64,000 nucleotides of DNA, taken from contig CAIMLG010000105.1 in the NCBI GenBank assembly GCA_903842235.1, positions 1,621 through 65,620 on the forward strand. The letters are read 5' to 3'. The stretch is from an uncultured Verrucomicrobia subdivision 3 bacterium. GTDB lineage: Bacteria > Verrucomicrobiota > Verrucomicrobiia > Limisphaerales > UBA11358. A program made the position numbers and the translations under genes. This document shows, piece by piece, positions 28,509 to 37,682 of this stretch; position 1 is the first letter of the stretch; the number at the start of each line of letters is the position of its first letter. Under the pieces are notes generated by a model. The model saw only the letters and a program-made list of their open reading frames with translations, ran no database searches and was not told the DNA's origin.

Positions 28509-30749
28509 ATGAGTGCGGATACTGACAAAGAACAATTGCTATTTGCCGCCGCGCTGCCGATTACGGACCCCGGTGAACGGGAAGCCTTTCTCAAGCGAGC
28601 CAGCGCGGCTGACCCCCATGTGTGTTCCCGGGTGGTTGAAATGCTGGCGCATCATGATCAAAGTGACCGGTTTTTTTCTGAATGCATCACCAACCTGGCC
28701 ATTGATGAGGTGGATGTTTTGGAAGTGGCGGAGCTGGTGAGCGCAAAATCGGTGGTTGGAGAAATGGCCGGCATACGGATCGGTCGATATCGGTTGCTGC
28801 GGCAATTGGGTGAAGGCGGGTGCGGGGTGGTTTATTTGGCGGAACAGGAAGTGCCGGTCCGCCGCCGCGTGGCCTTCAAGCTCATCAAGCTGGGCATGGA
28901 TACCCAGAATGTCATTGCGCGGTTTGATACTGAACGCCAGGCCCTGGCGATGATGGATCATCCCAATATTGCGAAAGTCCTGGATGGGGGTGCCACGGAA
29001 TCCGGTCGTCCATATTTCGTGCTGGAGCTGGTTCAAGGAGTGAAAATCACGACCTACTGCGACGAAGAAGACCTGACTGCGCCCCAGCGGCTGGAGCTGT
29101 TAATTCAAGTCTGTCAGGCCATCCAGCATGCACACCAAAAGGGGGTGATTCATCGCGACATCAAACCGTCCAATATTTTGGTGACGATGCTCGATGGCCG
29201 GCCCGTTCCCAAGGTGATTGATTTCGGGATCGCCAAGGCCATCGAAGGCCGGCTCATGGACAATCCCGATCTTACAATGGCAGGACAGGTCGTTGGCACG
29301 CCCGCTTACATGAGCCCGGAACAGGCGGAGCTGAGCAGCCTGGACGTTGATACACGCAGTGACATCTATTCACTTGGCGTCCTGCTTTATGAATTGCTTA
29401 CCGGTCGCACGCCCTTTGACCAAAAGGAACTTGTCCAATCCGGTTTGGATGAAATGCGGCGCACGCTGCGTGACAAGGAACCCCAGCGTCCTTCCACGAT
29501 GCTGACCGGTCTCACAATTACCGACCTGGCCGCCACCGCCAAACATCGCCAGATGGAGCCGCCCAAACTGATCAAGTCATTGAAGGGTGATTTGGATTGG
29601 ATCGTCATGAAAGCGTTGGAGAAGGAGCGGCAGCGGCGTTATGAGACCGCGAATGCCCTGGCCATGGATGTCCGGCGCTACCTCAACAATGAACCGGTTG
29701 TCGCGCGGCCCCCCAGCCCGTTCTACCGGCTCCAGAAATCAATTCAGCGCAACAAGGTTATTTATGCCAGTGGTCTGGCGGTGGCCCTCACGCTGATTGT
29801 GGGATTGGAAGTTTCCACCAGTTTTTTCTTCAAGGAACGGCAGGCGCGCATGGAATCCGAACAGGCACACGCCAACGAAATGTTGTTACAGAAAATGGTG
29901 AAGGCGCGTGAGACCGTCACCGAGGCGGGGGTTCTGCTGAGTCATGGTGCCTCGGCGGAGGCGGATGCCTTGGTGAAGGCCATTCCGGTGGAATTGCTTT
30001 CGCCCTCCCGGGAGTCTAGTGACGTCTTTCGCCAACTGGGCATGTGGAATCTGTTACAGCGGAAATGGAAACAAGCCGCCAATCGTTACATTGTTCTGTT
30101 GCAGGTCAATCAGGTGGACAAAAACGACCGGACGGATCAGGCCACCCATGATTTGTTGTTTGCCGCGCCGATCTTGATTGAAGCGGGTGACATCGCCGAC
30201 TATGAACGGATCCGGCTGGCGGCCTTGGCCCGATTGAACACCACCACCAGCGTGGGCGCCGCCGAACAGTTGATCAAGACCAGTTTATTGCTGCCGGCGG
30301 ATGACGCCATTCTCAAACAATTGGAACCTCTGGAGGGCGTTGTAAAAAAGGCGCTGGCCAGCCGTGATCCGGCCGTGAATGACCGCAGCCAGCTTGCCGC
30401 GTGGCGGAGCTTTGCCCTGTCTCTGCTGGAATATCGCCGGGGTGATTTCAACGCCGCCGTCACCGAGCTGGGTGTCTGTTCCAGTTATCCCGGTCAGTCA
30501 CCGGCCTGCGTGGCCGGCACGCATCTGTTGTTGAGCATGGCTCTCCGCCAGCTTGGAAAAGCTGAGCAAGCCGACGAGGAATTGGCGGAGGGCCGGGCGA
30601 TGGTTCAAAATCGGTTCCAAGAGAAGCTCGAATCCGGCAATGATGTAACCGGCAGGATTGAAGGGTGGATCGTCACGCCTATTCTACTGCACGAGGCCGA
30701 GTCACTGGCCAACACGTCCACCTGGCTGCGAACTGGCGACACGAAATGA
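28509..30749 (+). CDS. Membrane Ser/Thr protein kinase with extracytoplasmic TPR-like sensor domain
   Basis: Hanks kinase motifs are present: LGEGGCGVVYLA, VAFKLIK, HRDIKPSNILV, DFGIAK and GTPAYMSPEQ. There is one TM segment (VIYASGLAVALTLIVGL) and a helical-repeat C-terminal half. ATG 28509 is preferred over 28428. Confidence 0.92.
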   Translation: MSADTDKEQLLFAAALPITDPGEREAFLKRASAADPHVCSRVVEMLAHHDQSDRFFSECITNLAIDEVDVLEVAELVSAKSVVGEMAGIRIGRYRLLRQLGEGGCGVVYLAEQEVPVRRRVAFKLIKLGMDTQNVIARFDTERQALAMMDHPNIAKVLDGGATESGRPYFVLELVQGVKITTYCDEEDLTAPQRLELLIQVCQAIQHAHQKGVIHRDIKPSNILVTMLDGRPVPKVIDFGIAKAIEGRLMDNPDLTMAGQVVGTPAYMSPEQAELSSLDVDTRSDIYSLGVLLYELLTGRTPFDQKELVQSGLDEMRRTLRDKEPQRPSTMLTGLTITDLAATAKHRQMEPPKLIKSLKGDLDWIVMKALEKERQRRYETANALAMDVRRYLNNEPVVARPPSPFYRLQKSIQRNKVIYASGLAVALTLIVGLEVSTSFFFKERQARMESEQAHANEMLLQKMVKARETVTEAGVLLSHGASAEADALVKAIPVELLSPSRESSDVFRQLGMWNLLQRKWKQAANRYIVLLQVNQVDKNDRTDQATHDLLFAAPILIEAGDIADYERIRLAALARLNTTTSVGAAEQLIKTSLLLPADDAILKQLEPLEGVVKKALASRDPAVNDRSQLAAWRSFALSLLEYRRGDFNAAVTELGVCSSYPGQSPACVAGTHLLLSMALRQLGKAEQADEELAEGRAMVQNRFQEKLESGNDVTGRIEGWIVTPILLHEAESLANTSTWLRTGDTK

Positions 30750-33019
30750 GCAAGCCAAAAAGTTCTTTGATGCCTTTCCTGAACTTGATTCGGAGAAACC
30801 TGAATTACTTGTGCTTCGTGGTCATTATTGCGCAGTTGGTTGCATGCAGCCCAGCCAGCGGGACAGACATACTCGAGGCCGCCACGGCCGCGGCGTCGGG
30901 CACGGATTGGAATCAAGGCAGCCAGTGGAATGGAGGAAATCCGCCGACCAGCGGAATCAACTATGTCCTCTATACCAACACTTCAAATAATTCGACATTA
31001 TCCAGCTACTACGGTGTCAGTTTCGGAACCGGTTATATCCGGACGCCGGCCAACAATGGCGCGAGTGGGTTTCTTGGGGATAATCTTATCCTCCCCCCTG
31101 GCACTGAAATATTGTTGAAACAAACATCGGGCGGATCCGCCAGTGCCAACATCATTTTCACCAATTACAATAATATCAGCCCCGTCGGGCTGTATCCTCT
31201 CGTTCGTTTGGGGCCCAGCACCTCGGGCGGAACGGCGACTTTGAATGGGACCATCACCCTCCGGGTGGATTCGTATGTGGCCAATGATGCTGGCGCGACC
31301 ATGACACTCAATATTGCCTCGCTGGTGGCGGGGGGGGGCAATTTGACCCTGGTATCAGCCAATGCCGGGACTTTTTCTACGACCCGGACCAATTTGGTGA
31401 CGGGTGACTGGAGCGGATTCACCGGCACGTTGAACATTGGAAACTCGACGGTGGCCGGGGTGGTGGAACTGAACAACTCAGCGTGGAATGTGAACATGGC
31501 GCTCACTATGCCCAGGGCGAACGGGGTGTTGGTATTGGACAAGGGGATCAGCGTGAAAGGCTTTTCTATCGCCAACAACACGGTGTCGGCGGGAACTTAT
31601 ACGCCGGGGCAATTGACGGCCTTGGGCTTTGGTGGAAGCTTTTCAGGCACGGGCTCGCTGACGGTTGGTTTTACCGCGCCTCCGGGTTTGGCCGCAACGC
31701 CCGGCAATGCCCAGGTGGCGTTGACCTGGCGACCGGTGTATGGCGCGGCCGGCTACAACGTAAAGCGTTCGACGGTCAGCGGCGCGGAAACCACCATCAT
31801 TAATGTGGCCAATCCGAATTATACGGATACGGGACTGGCCAACGGCACGACTTATTACTACCAGGTATCGGCGACGAATATTGCGGGCACCAGTGCTGAT
31901 TCGGCCGAAGCCAACGCCACGCCCAACAGCACGGTGTCTTCTCCAAAAATAATCAAGGTTTATCTGCAAGCCGGGCAATCAAACTCGGACGGTCGGGCAT
32001 TGACCAATGGGCTGCCGTCTTATTTGCTCAACCCACAAAATGACGTGCCGTTTTATTATTACCTGACGGGTGGTGCCGCCAATGGCGATGGCACGCTGGG
32101 CACCCTTTCGCCGTTGCACCCCGGCGCTTCGGCGCTCGGCGGCGGCACCACTTTCGGCCCGGAGTTGACCTTTGGGCGGACGCTTGCCGATTACTTTGCC
32201 CTGACCAACGGCGCTTCGACCAATACCGTTATGGTGGCAATCATAAAATATGCCCACGGCGGCACTTCGTTGGTTTCGGGTTGGGCCGCCAATGGGAATA
32301 GTTCCACCAACGGTGACGGTCCTGATTACCTCATCTTTCAAAAGGTTGTCAGCCATGGGTTGTCCCGTTTGGCTGCGGCGTATCCCAATACCAGTATTGA
32401 ACTAGATGGCATGATCTGGGTGCAGGGGGAAAGTGACATTGACGCCGGATCCAGTGCGTCTGCCGCCTACGGTATGAATCTGGAAAAGTTCATCAATGAT
32501 GTGCGCTCAACGTATGCCGCAAATCAACCCTTCGGCACGAACCTGCCGTTTTTTCTTTCCCGAATTTCCGCCAATCAAACCGTCTATTCCTCGCCGCCGG
32601 ATGCCGATTATCCGAACTATCTTTTATTGCGCGCGGGTCAACAATTCGCAACTACAAATCTGCCTAATGTCTTTATGATCAATACGGACGCATCCCAATT
32701 TTCCACAGCGACACCCTGGTCGAGCCCCGGGCTACATTTTGACACTCAGGGACAGCAATCAATAGGCGTGGCCTTTGGGCAATCCGTGATCAAGGGCCTG
32801 CCGGCGCCACGATTGCAACTCCCGCAGCGGGCTGATGGTGGCTGGCTTGTGGGTTTTTCAGGGGAATCAGGAACGTGGCATTCAATTGAGCGTTCATCTG
32901 GTATTAACGGAACATGGATTTTGCTCACAAATATTCTGGTTGGGGCGTCTTGGTTCACAAATTACGTTGACCCAAGTCCGCTATTTCCTTATGGCTTCTA
33001 TCGCGTAAGCCGACCATAG
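30746..33019 (+). CDS. Exoprotein: head-like module, fibronectin type III domain, SASA-type (sialate O-acetylesterase-like) carbohydrate esterase, F-Y-R-V tail
   Basis: The ATG at 30746 overlaps the kinase stop (ATGA). It has a lipoprotein-like N-terminus (LVACS) and an FN3 segment (AQVALTWRPVYGAAGYNVKRS...TYYYQVSATN). The esterase motifs are QAGQSNSDGRA, YAHGGTSL and WVQGESD. It ends GFYRVSRP. Confidence 0.88.
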   Translation: MSKPKSSLMPFLNLIRRNLNYLCFVVIIAQLVACSPASGTDILEAATAAASGTDWNQGSQWNGGNPPTSGINYVLYTNTSNNSTLSSYYGVSFGTGYIRTPANNGASGFLGDNLILPPGTEILLKQTSGGSASANIIFTNYNNISPVGLYPLVRLGPSTSGGTATLNGTITLRVDSYVANDAGATMTLNIASLVAGGGNLTLVSANAGTFSTTRTNLVTGDWSGFTGTLNIGNSTVAGVVELNNSAWNVNMALTMPRANGVLVLDKGISVKGFSIANNTVSAGTYTPGQLTALGFGGSFSGTGSLTVGFTAPPGLAATPGNAQVALTWRPVYGAAGYNVKRSTVSGAETTIINVANPNYTDTGLANGTTYYYQVSATNIAGTSADSAEANATPNSTVSSPKIIKVYLQAGQSNSDGRALTNGLPSYLLNPQNDVPFYYYLTGGAANGDGTLGTLSPLHPGASALGGGTTFGPELTFGRTLADYFALTNGASTNTVMVAIIKYAHGGTSLVSGWAANGNSSTNGDGPDYLIFQKVVSHGLSRLAAAYPNTSIELDGMIWVQGESDIDAGSSASAAYGMNLEKFINDVRSTYAANQPFGTNLPFFLSRISANQTVYSSPPDADYPNYLLLRAGQQFATTNLPNVFMINTDASQFSTATPWSSPGLHFDTQGQQSIGVAFGQSVIKGLPAPRLQLPQRADGGWLVGFSGESGTWHSIERSSGINGTWILLTNILVGASWFTNYVDPSPLFPYGFYRVSRP

Positions 33020-33034
33020 GTTGGCCATAGGTTG
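33014..33034. repeat. 11-bp tandem duplication CCATAGGTTGG/CCATAGGTTGT at the locus/island junction
   Basis: Read directly from the sequence. It spans the stop codon of the esterase gene, and GC content drops immediately downstream. Confidence 0.85.
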
Positions 33035-33735
33035 TCGAAGGTGGGTGATAGTGATGAAACTCATAAAGTGGAGTTGATTGGTGAGTCTAGAATTACCGGC
33101 GCAATAAATCGCCACATTCTAAAACTTCTGAATTATTCCCACGCCCCGGACCAAGCCGCGCACCCGAAAATTCCCCCCTTCGATGGCCCGTGCGGCCCGC
33201 ATTTTTCATCCCATCCGGGCAGCCGGCGGCTCCAATGGGCAGGAAGCGACTGCCAGTGAAACTGTCAGTTAAACGATACGCCACCAGCCAAAATTTAACC
33301 CGATTTAAGCCAATTTCCCATGAAAACACCAACAAATCTGCTATATTCCTTGCATTCGGATCAGTGTAAAAGAATTAACATTTCTTTACCCTTTTTTTAT
33401 TTTTCCCCGCATCCCCGTCTGCGTCACCGGCCCGAGGCAGACACCCAGCCCAGGCAAGGCGGGAAGCGCGCACGAGCGAGAACGGGCGACGAGAGGGCGC
33501 AAACACCGATCCAACCAGCCGCCGACCCCGGCGAACAAAATGTCAAAGAACGGCAAACCCGGCTCCAAGAAATCCGCTGTTTGCTCGTAGTCGTCTTTCT
33601 TATACGACAATGACGGACGGCGGTCAAGGGGAAAAATTTACACGCCGCCAAGGGGTGCAGCTTGACCCTGTCATTGCTGGTCTGAAGGTCGTCCGCCGGC
33701 TCGTTCTCGTCCTCGCACTCGGTTTGGCTGGGAAT

Positions 33736-33918
33736 TTCGCGGACGAGGATGAGGACGAGGATGACCGCGGGGTCGCGGAAAAGATCCTCCGCCACCTGGG
33801 CGTCTGGCATGACCCGCCGCCGGTCATGTCCACGCCGGCGGGCGCGAGAAATTACACTCGCGTTCCCTTCGACGACGTGGACCCCATGCCCGACTACGAT
33901 AACGTCCTGACCGATTGA
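33736..33918 (+). pseudogene. C-terminal remnant resembling an IS91-family (Y2/HUH) transposase tail
   Basis: ...GVAEKILRHLGVWHDPPPVMSTPAGARNY....DPMPDYDNV matches my recollection of the conserved IS91-family C-terminus (I..IL.HLG......PP...PAR.PP......P.PDY). No upstream catalytic part is present. Confidence 0.4.
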
Positions 33919-34101
33919 AACCCGCACGCTGAAAAGCCCGCGGCCTGCTCCGGGCTTTCATTCAATCGGGCCTCCGGTCGCGACATTTCAGCATTTCAGC
34001 GTGTCAGCTGTCACAATTTCAGAATAATACCTCCAGTTGACAGCCGCCGCGCGTGTTGGCACGTTGACTGATGATGGAAAAAGGCCAAAACCAATTCTCC
34101 C

Positions 34102-34157
34102 TTACCCGCGCAGCGTCAAGTCAATGAGCCCGCATGAAAAGCAATTTCCTATCAGTT
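34102..34157. repeat. Direct repeat DR-L (56 bp)
   Basis: TTACCCGCGCAGCGTCAAGTCAATGAGCCCGCATGAAAAGCAATTTCCTATCAGTT. It is identical to 38454-38510 except for a 1-nt indel, and it contains the ATG of the 34134 gene. Confidence 0.95.
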
Positions 34158-37100
34158 AGTATCATGAAAATACAAGTCGATCCGAAAAACGCATTGCTCG
34201 GTCTCGTTCTTGGGGCTGGCGTGCTGTTCACTGTTGCCGCGGTATCGGAAGCGCCGGGGGGGAAATATCAGGTGGATGTCGGCACGTATCGTGCCGGCGC
34301 TTTGAGCGATGAGGCCTGGCAAAAGGTGCGCGACACTTACAAGACTCTGCCGCCGGAACTGGTGGACCAGTGGCGGCCCTTTACGCTCCCGCAGCAAAAC
34401 CCGCCGCCGGGGGTGCCGAAATTTCTCGGCAACCAGAAGCTTGCGGCGCTCGGCTACGTGGATGTGACCGCCCCGCCCTTCAGCGCGGACAACACCGGCA
34501 AGACTGACACGACCAAGAGCCTTCAGGCGGCGGTGGACTGCGCGCGTGATTACCAGATGGCGGCGTTTTTTCCGCCCGGCGATTACCGCGTCTCGGATAC
34601 CATCCTCGCTGAGGTCTCGTTTAATTTAGGTGGGAAAGAATCGAAGAAACCATCGAAGAAGGCGGCTCGCGACAAGCCCGCCGAGGACTCTGACGCCGAG
34701 GCGGATGCAGATGGACTGCGCCAAAACGGAGACGGCTACAACATCTGGCAAGGCTCGACGGCTGATCCCGCCAAGCGCGCCCGCATCGTGCTGGCGGCGA
34801 ATGCGCCCGGCTTCAACGACCAGGCCAAGCCCAAGTTGGTGGTCTTTTTCCGCAACGCAGTTTCTTTGTCCCGCATCCACGAAGGCGGGAAAAACCAGGG
34901 CATGCTCGAATCTTCGACCATCCACTACAACCAGATTTACAGCGGCATCGACATCACGGTGGAACCCGGCAACGCCGGGGCGGTGGGGCTGCGGATGCGC
35001 GGCGCGGAGGGCTGCACGATTCAGGACACCACGATTGATGTCACCCACGGCCACACCGGGATCTGGGGAACACCCGCTTCCGGCGGCAGCACCCATAAGG
35101 TCACGGTGATCGGCGGGGACATCGGCATTGACATGCGCGATTATCCCAACCTCAAGGGAATCGGTGAGCAGCCTTCGCCGAGCTTCTCGCAACTTCGGCT
35201 GGTGAACCAGCGCCAGTATGCCATGTGGGTGCGTTCGCGCGGCGCGACCGTTGTGGTCGGTGCAGATTTCAAGCGCGACACGCCGGGGACGATGGTGCGG
35301 CTCGATCCGCATTGGTATGGGGAGCCCTACGACAGCTCGCTCGGGCTGGTGGACTGCACCTTTGACTTCGGGCAGCAGAACCCCGGCAATGTCTGCATCT
35401 CCCGCACGCCGGCCGGCGGCATCAATCACGGCCGCGGCTTCTACTTCAACAATGTTTTTGTTCACAACGCGGCGAACATCGCGACCGTCGGCAAAGAGCA
35501 GGCGTCCGCCGTGGCCGATGGCAACGAGGACGAGGGCACGGCCAAGGGCCCAGAAGTGACACCCCCCAATGACGGCGGTAATGCGCCGGACACATCGAGC
35601 GACAAGCTGGCCCTGTCGGGCGGCCAATGGGTGCAATACCGCGAGCTGGCGGTGGCTGGGGATCCCGCCAGGGGGCGGCAGGGGATTCGCTACGTCGAGA
35701 GCGTCTTTCTCAACGGTCAACCGGCCGACGGGGGCGGAATGTTTTATGAGGACAAAACAACGGCGGAGCCGCCCGCCGACCTGGTCACGCGTCATGGCTG
35801 GGGTGATAATTTTCCGTCCTTCGAGAACCCCGGCGCGACGCCGGTCACCGACTTTGCCAGCCTCGTGAAGAACGGCGATTGGGCCCCCGCCATCCAGGCG
35901 GCGGTGGACGCGCACGAGATCGTCTTTTTTCCCAAGGGCGAATACCCGGTGCGCAGCACGATCCAGCTCAAGCCAGACAGCAAATTGATCGGCATGGGGC
36001 CGTGGCGCTCGCGGATCGTCGGCGTGGACGAACCGGGACGACGCTTCGGCGGCGGCAAGGGCGATGTCGAGCTGCCGGTCATCCGCACGGCGGACGACGC
36101 GGGCGCCCACACGGTGCTGGCCTTCCTTGGCGTTTACCAGCCGAACACCCTCACCCAGCATGGCCAGACACCGCTTGCCTGTTACCCACTGCTGTGGCAG
36201 TCGGGCCGTGACAGCATCGTGCGCATGTGCTGGTTTGGGCGGAACGGAGGGGCGAACTGGCGCTTCGAATACTCGGTTTCCAGAGGCAAACAGGCCATCT
36301 CGCTGGAAGGAGCCAGCCTCCCCATCGCCCACGCCGCCACGGGCCTGAGCATCGACTCACTGAACGCCACCGCCAGTCAACTCTTGATGGAAACGGTCGG
36401 CGGAAAACCGCGCTTGATGACCAAGACCAGTCCCAAAGGCTCCGATGTGCAGCTCAAAGCGGCCAGCGGCACCTTCGACCTCGCCAGCCTCGACGTTTGC
36501 AACGCGACTTTCGACCCCAATGCACGGGCGGTCATTACCCTCACCGGCGTGACGGCCAGCGGCGAGACAAAGACCACAACGGTCGAAGTCGGCAAGGAAG
36601 TCCCGGCGGACCGCAAGGGGGGCTTCCAGTGGAAGCTCGACTGGAAGGGACTTGCCTCGGCCAGCATCACCTCCCCCTCGCCCTTTGGCCTCGCGGCGAT
36701 CACCACCGGCAAGGGCACCTTGCAGCCCGCGAGCGTGGACACCACCAGAAATCTGGCCTTGATGAAAACGATCAAGACCTACGGCTTCGAGCACTATCCC
36801 TACAGCCCCATCCGCCATCCGTTCGTGTTGATCTCCGGCCACGGCGGCGGCAAGTGGTATAATGTCTGGTATCATGGCGACATCTTTGCCCAGACGGACT
36901 TCCGCTTCCTCGAAGTGAAGGACAATACGAGTCCGCTGGCCTTTTACAGCTGGCACCTGCAGCACATCCACTCCGATGCCGAGGCCGTCTTCGACCACGC
37001 GCAGGACGTGAGTGTTTATGGGGTCAAGCACGAACACAGCTCCTGTTTCCTCGAAGTCCACGACAGCGACCGCATCCGCCTCATCGGCTCGGGCGGGCTT

Positions 37101-37370
37101 TCCGACGCCGCTCCGGGCAGCGCGCATTTCAAGTTCTACAACACGCCCAATTTCCTTCTCGCCTGCCTCGCCGACGAGGTCCACCCCATGCGCAAGGAGA
37201 CTCAGGTGCATAACAAGGATAATCCCTTGGTGGAAATCTGGGCCAAGGCCTACAACGGCATCTGGGACGTGCAAAAGGGCGTAAAGGCGGCGGACGACAT
37301 CAGCGGTGAGACCACCATCGTCCGCCCGATCCTTTGGCGGCGCGGGGATTACCTGCCGACGCCGAAATAA
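34134..37370 (+). CDS. Membrane-anchored double beta-helix protein (pectate-lyase-superfamily / GH55-like)
   Basis: N-terminal TM segment (LLGLVLGAGVLFTVAAV). There are two pectate_lyase_3-like N-caps (VTAPPFSADNTGKTDTTKSLQAAVDCA...FFPPGDYRVSDTI and DWAPAIQAAVDAHEIVFFPKGEYPVRSTIQL), as in two-lobed GH55 enzymes and tailspike-like depolymerases. A Lys/Asp-rich low-complexity insert sits at ~34630-34720. Confidence 0.8.
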   Translation: MKSNFLSVSIMKIQVDPKNALLGLVLGAGVLFTVAAVSEAPGGKYQVDVGTYRAGALSDEAWQKVRDTYKTLPPELVDQWRPFTLPQQNPPPGVPKFLGNQKLAALGYVDVTAPPFSADNTGKTDTTKSLQAAVDCARDYQMAAFFPPGDYRVSDTILAEVSFNLGGKESKKPSKKAARDKPAEDSDAEADADGLRQNGDGYNIWQGSTADPAKRARIVLAANAPGFNDQAKPKLVVFFRNAVSLSRIHEGGKNQGMLESSTIHYNQIYSGIDITVEPGNAGAVGLRMRGAEGCTIQDTTIDVTHGHTGIWGTPASGGSTHKVTVIGGDIGIDMRDYPNLKGIGEQPSPSFSQLRLVNQRQYAMWVRSRGATVVVGADFKRDTPGTMVRLDPHWYGEPYDSSLGLVDCTFDFGQQNPGNVCISRTPAGGINHGRGFYFNNVFVHNAANIATVGKEQASAVADGNEDEGTAKGPEVTPPNDGGNAPDTSSDKLALSGGQWVQYRELAVAGDPARGRQGIRYVESVFLNGQPADGGGMFYEDKTTAEPPADLVTRHGWGDNFPSFENPGATPVTDFASLVKNGDWAPAIQAAVDAHEIVFFPKGEYPVRSTIQLKPDSKLIGMGPWRSRIVGVDEPGRRFGGGKGDVELPVIRTADDAGAHTVLAFLGVYQPNTLTQHGQTPLACYPLLWQSGRDSIVRMCWFGRNGGANWRFEYSVSRGKQAISLEGASLPIAHAATGLSIDSLNATASQLLMETVGGKPRLMTKTSPKGSDVQLKAASGTFDLASLDVCNATFDPNARAVITLTGVTASGETKTTTVEVGKEVPADRKGGFQWKLDWKGLASASITSPSPFGLAAITTGKGTLQPASVDTTRNLALMKTIKTYGFEHYPYSPIRHPFVLISGHGGGKWYNVWYHGDIFAQTDFRFLEVKDNTSPLAFYSWHLQHIHSDAEAVFDHAQDVSVYGVKHEHSSCFLEVHDSDRIRLIGSGGLSDAAPGSAHFKFYNTPNFLLACLADEVHPMRKETQVHNKDNPLVEIWAKAYNGIWDVQKGVKAADDISGETTIVRPILWRRGDYLPTPK

Positions 37371-37534
37371 CATCGGCGCATGACCGTTTCAGTCTAGCTT
37401 TCTACGTAAAGGGTTCGCAGGTTTCAGTTTTCATGTTTGGTGACCTACACTGGTGACAAGACGAAAATCACCGCTGTGTTAATCTAAAGGCGTTGGGAGT
37501 AGTGAACCAACCGAAAACACAGTGTTGTTAAGAA

Positions 37535-37562
37535 GCCCGGCGTAGTGTCCGGGCTTTTTTCA
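37535..37562 (+). terminator. Rho-independent terminator
   Basis: AGCCCGG (37535-37541), an 8-nt loop, CCGGGCT (37550-37556), then a T tract to 37561. It lies 165 nt downstream of the 34134..37370 stop. Confidence 0.65.
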
Positions 37563-37682
37563 ATATTCCAGCCCCTTACGTTCTCCCCGGTGGCCAATCC
37601 GACACGGATTATGCCGTAACTTCACCGCATCCCGCCACTGCGCCACATCATCCACGCGCTCCCGCTGGTAAATCTGGTGGAT

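Noticed and set aside
33386-33927. Minus-strand ORFs 33386..33610 and 33424..33927 in the island
   Set aside because: They overlap each other and the IS91-like tail on the opposite strand, and no motifs are recognised. They are likely noise in decayed DNA.
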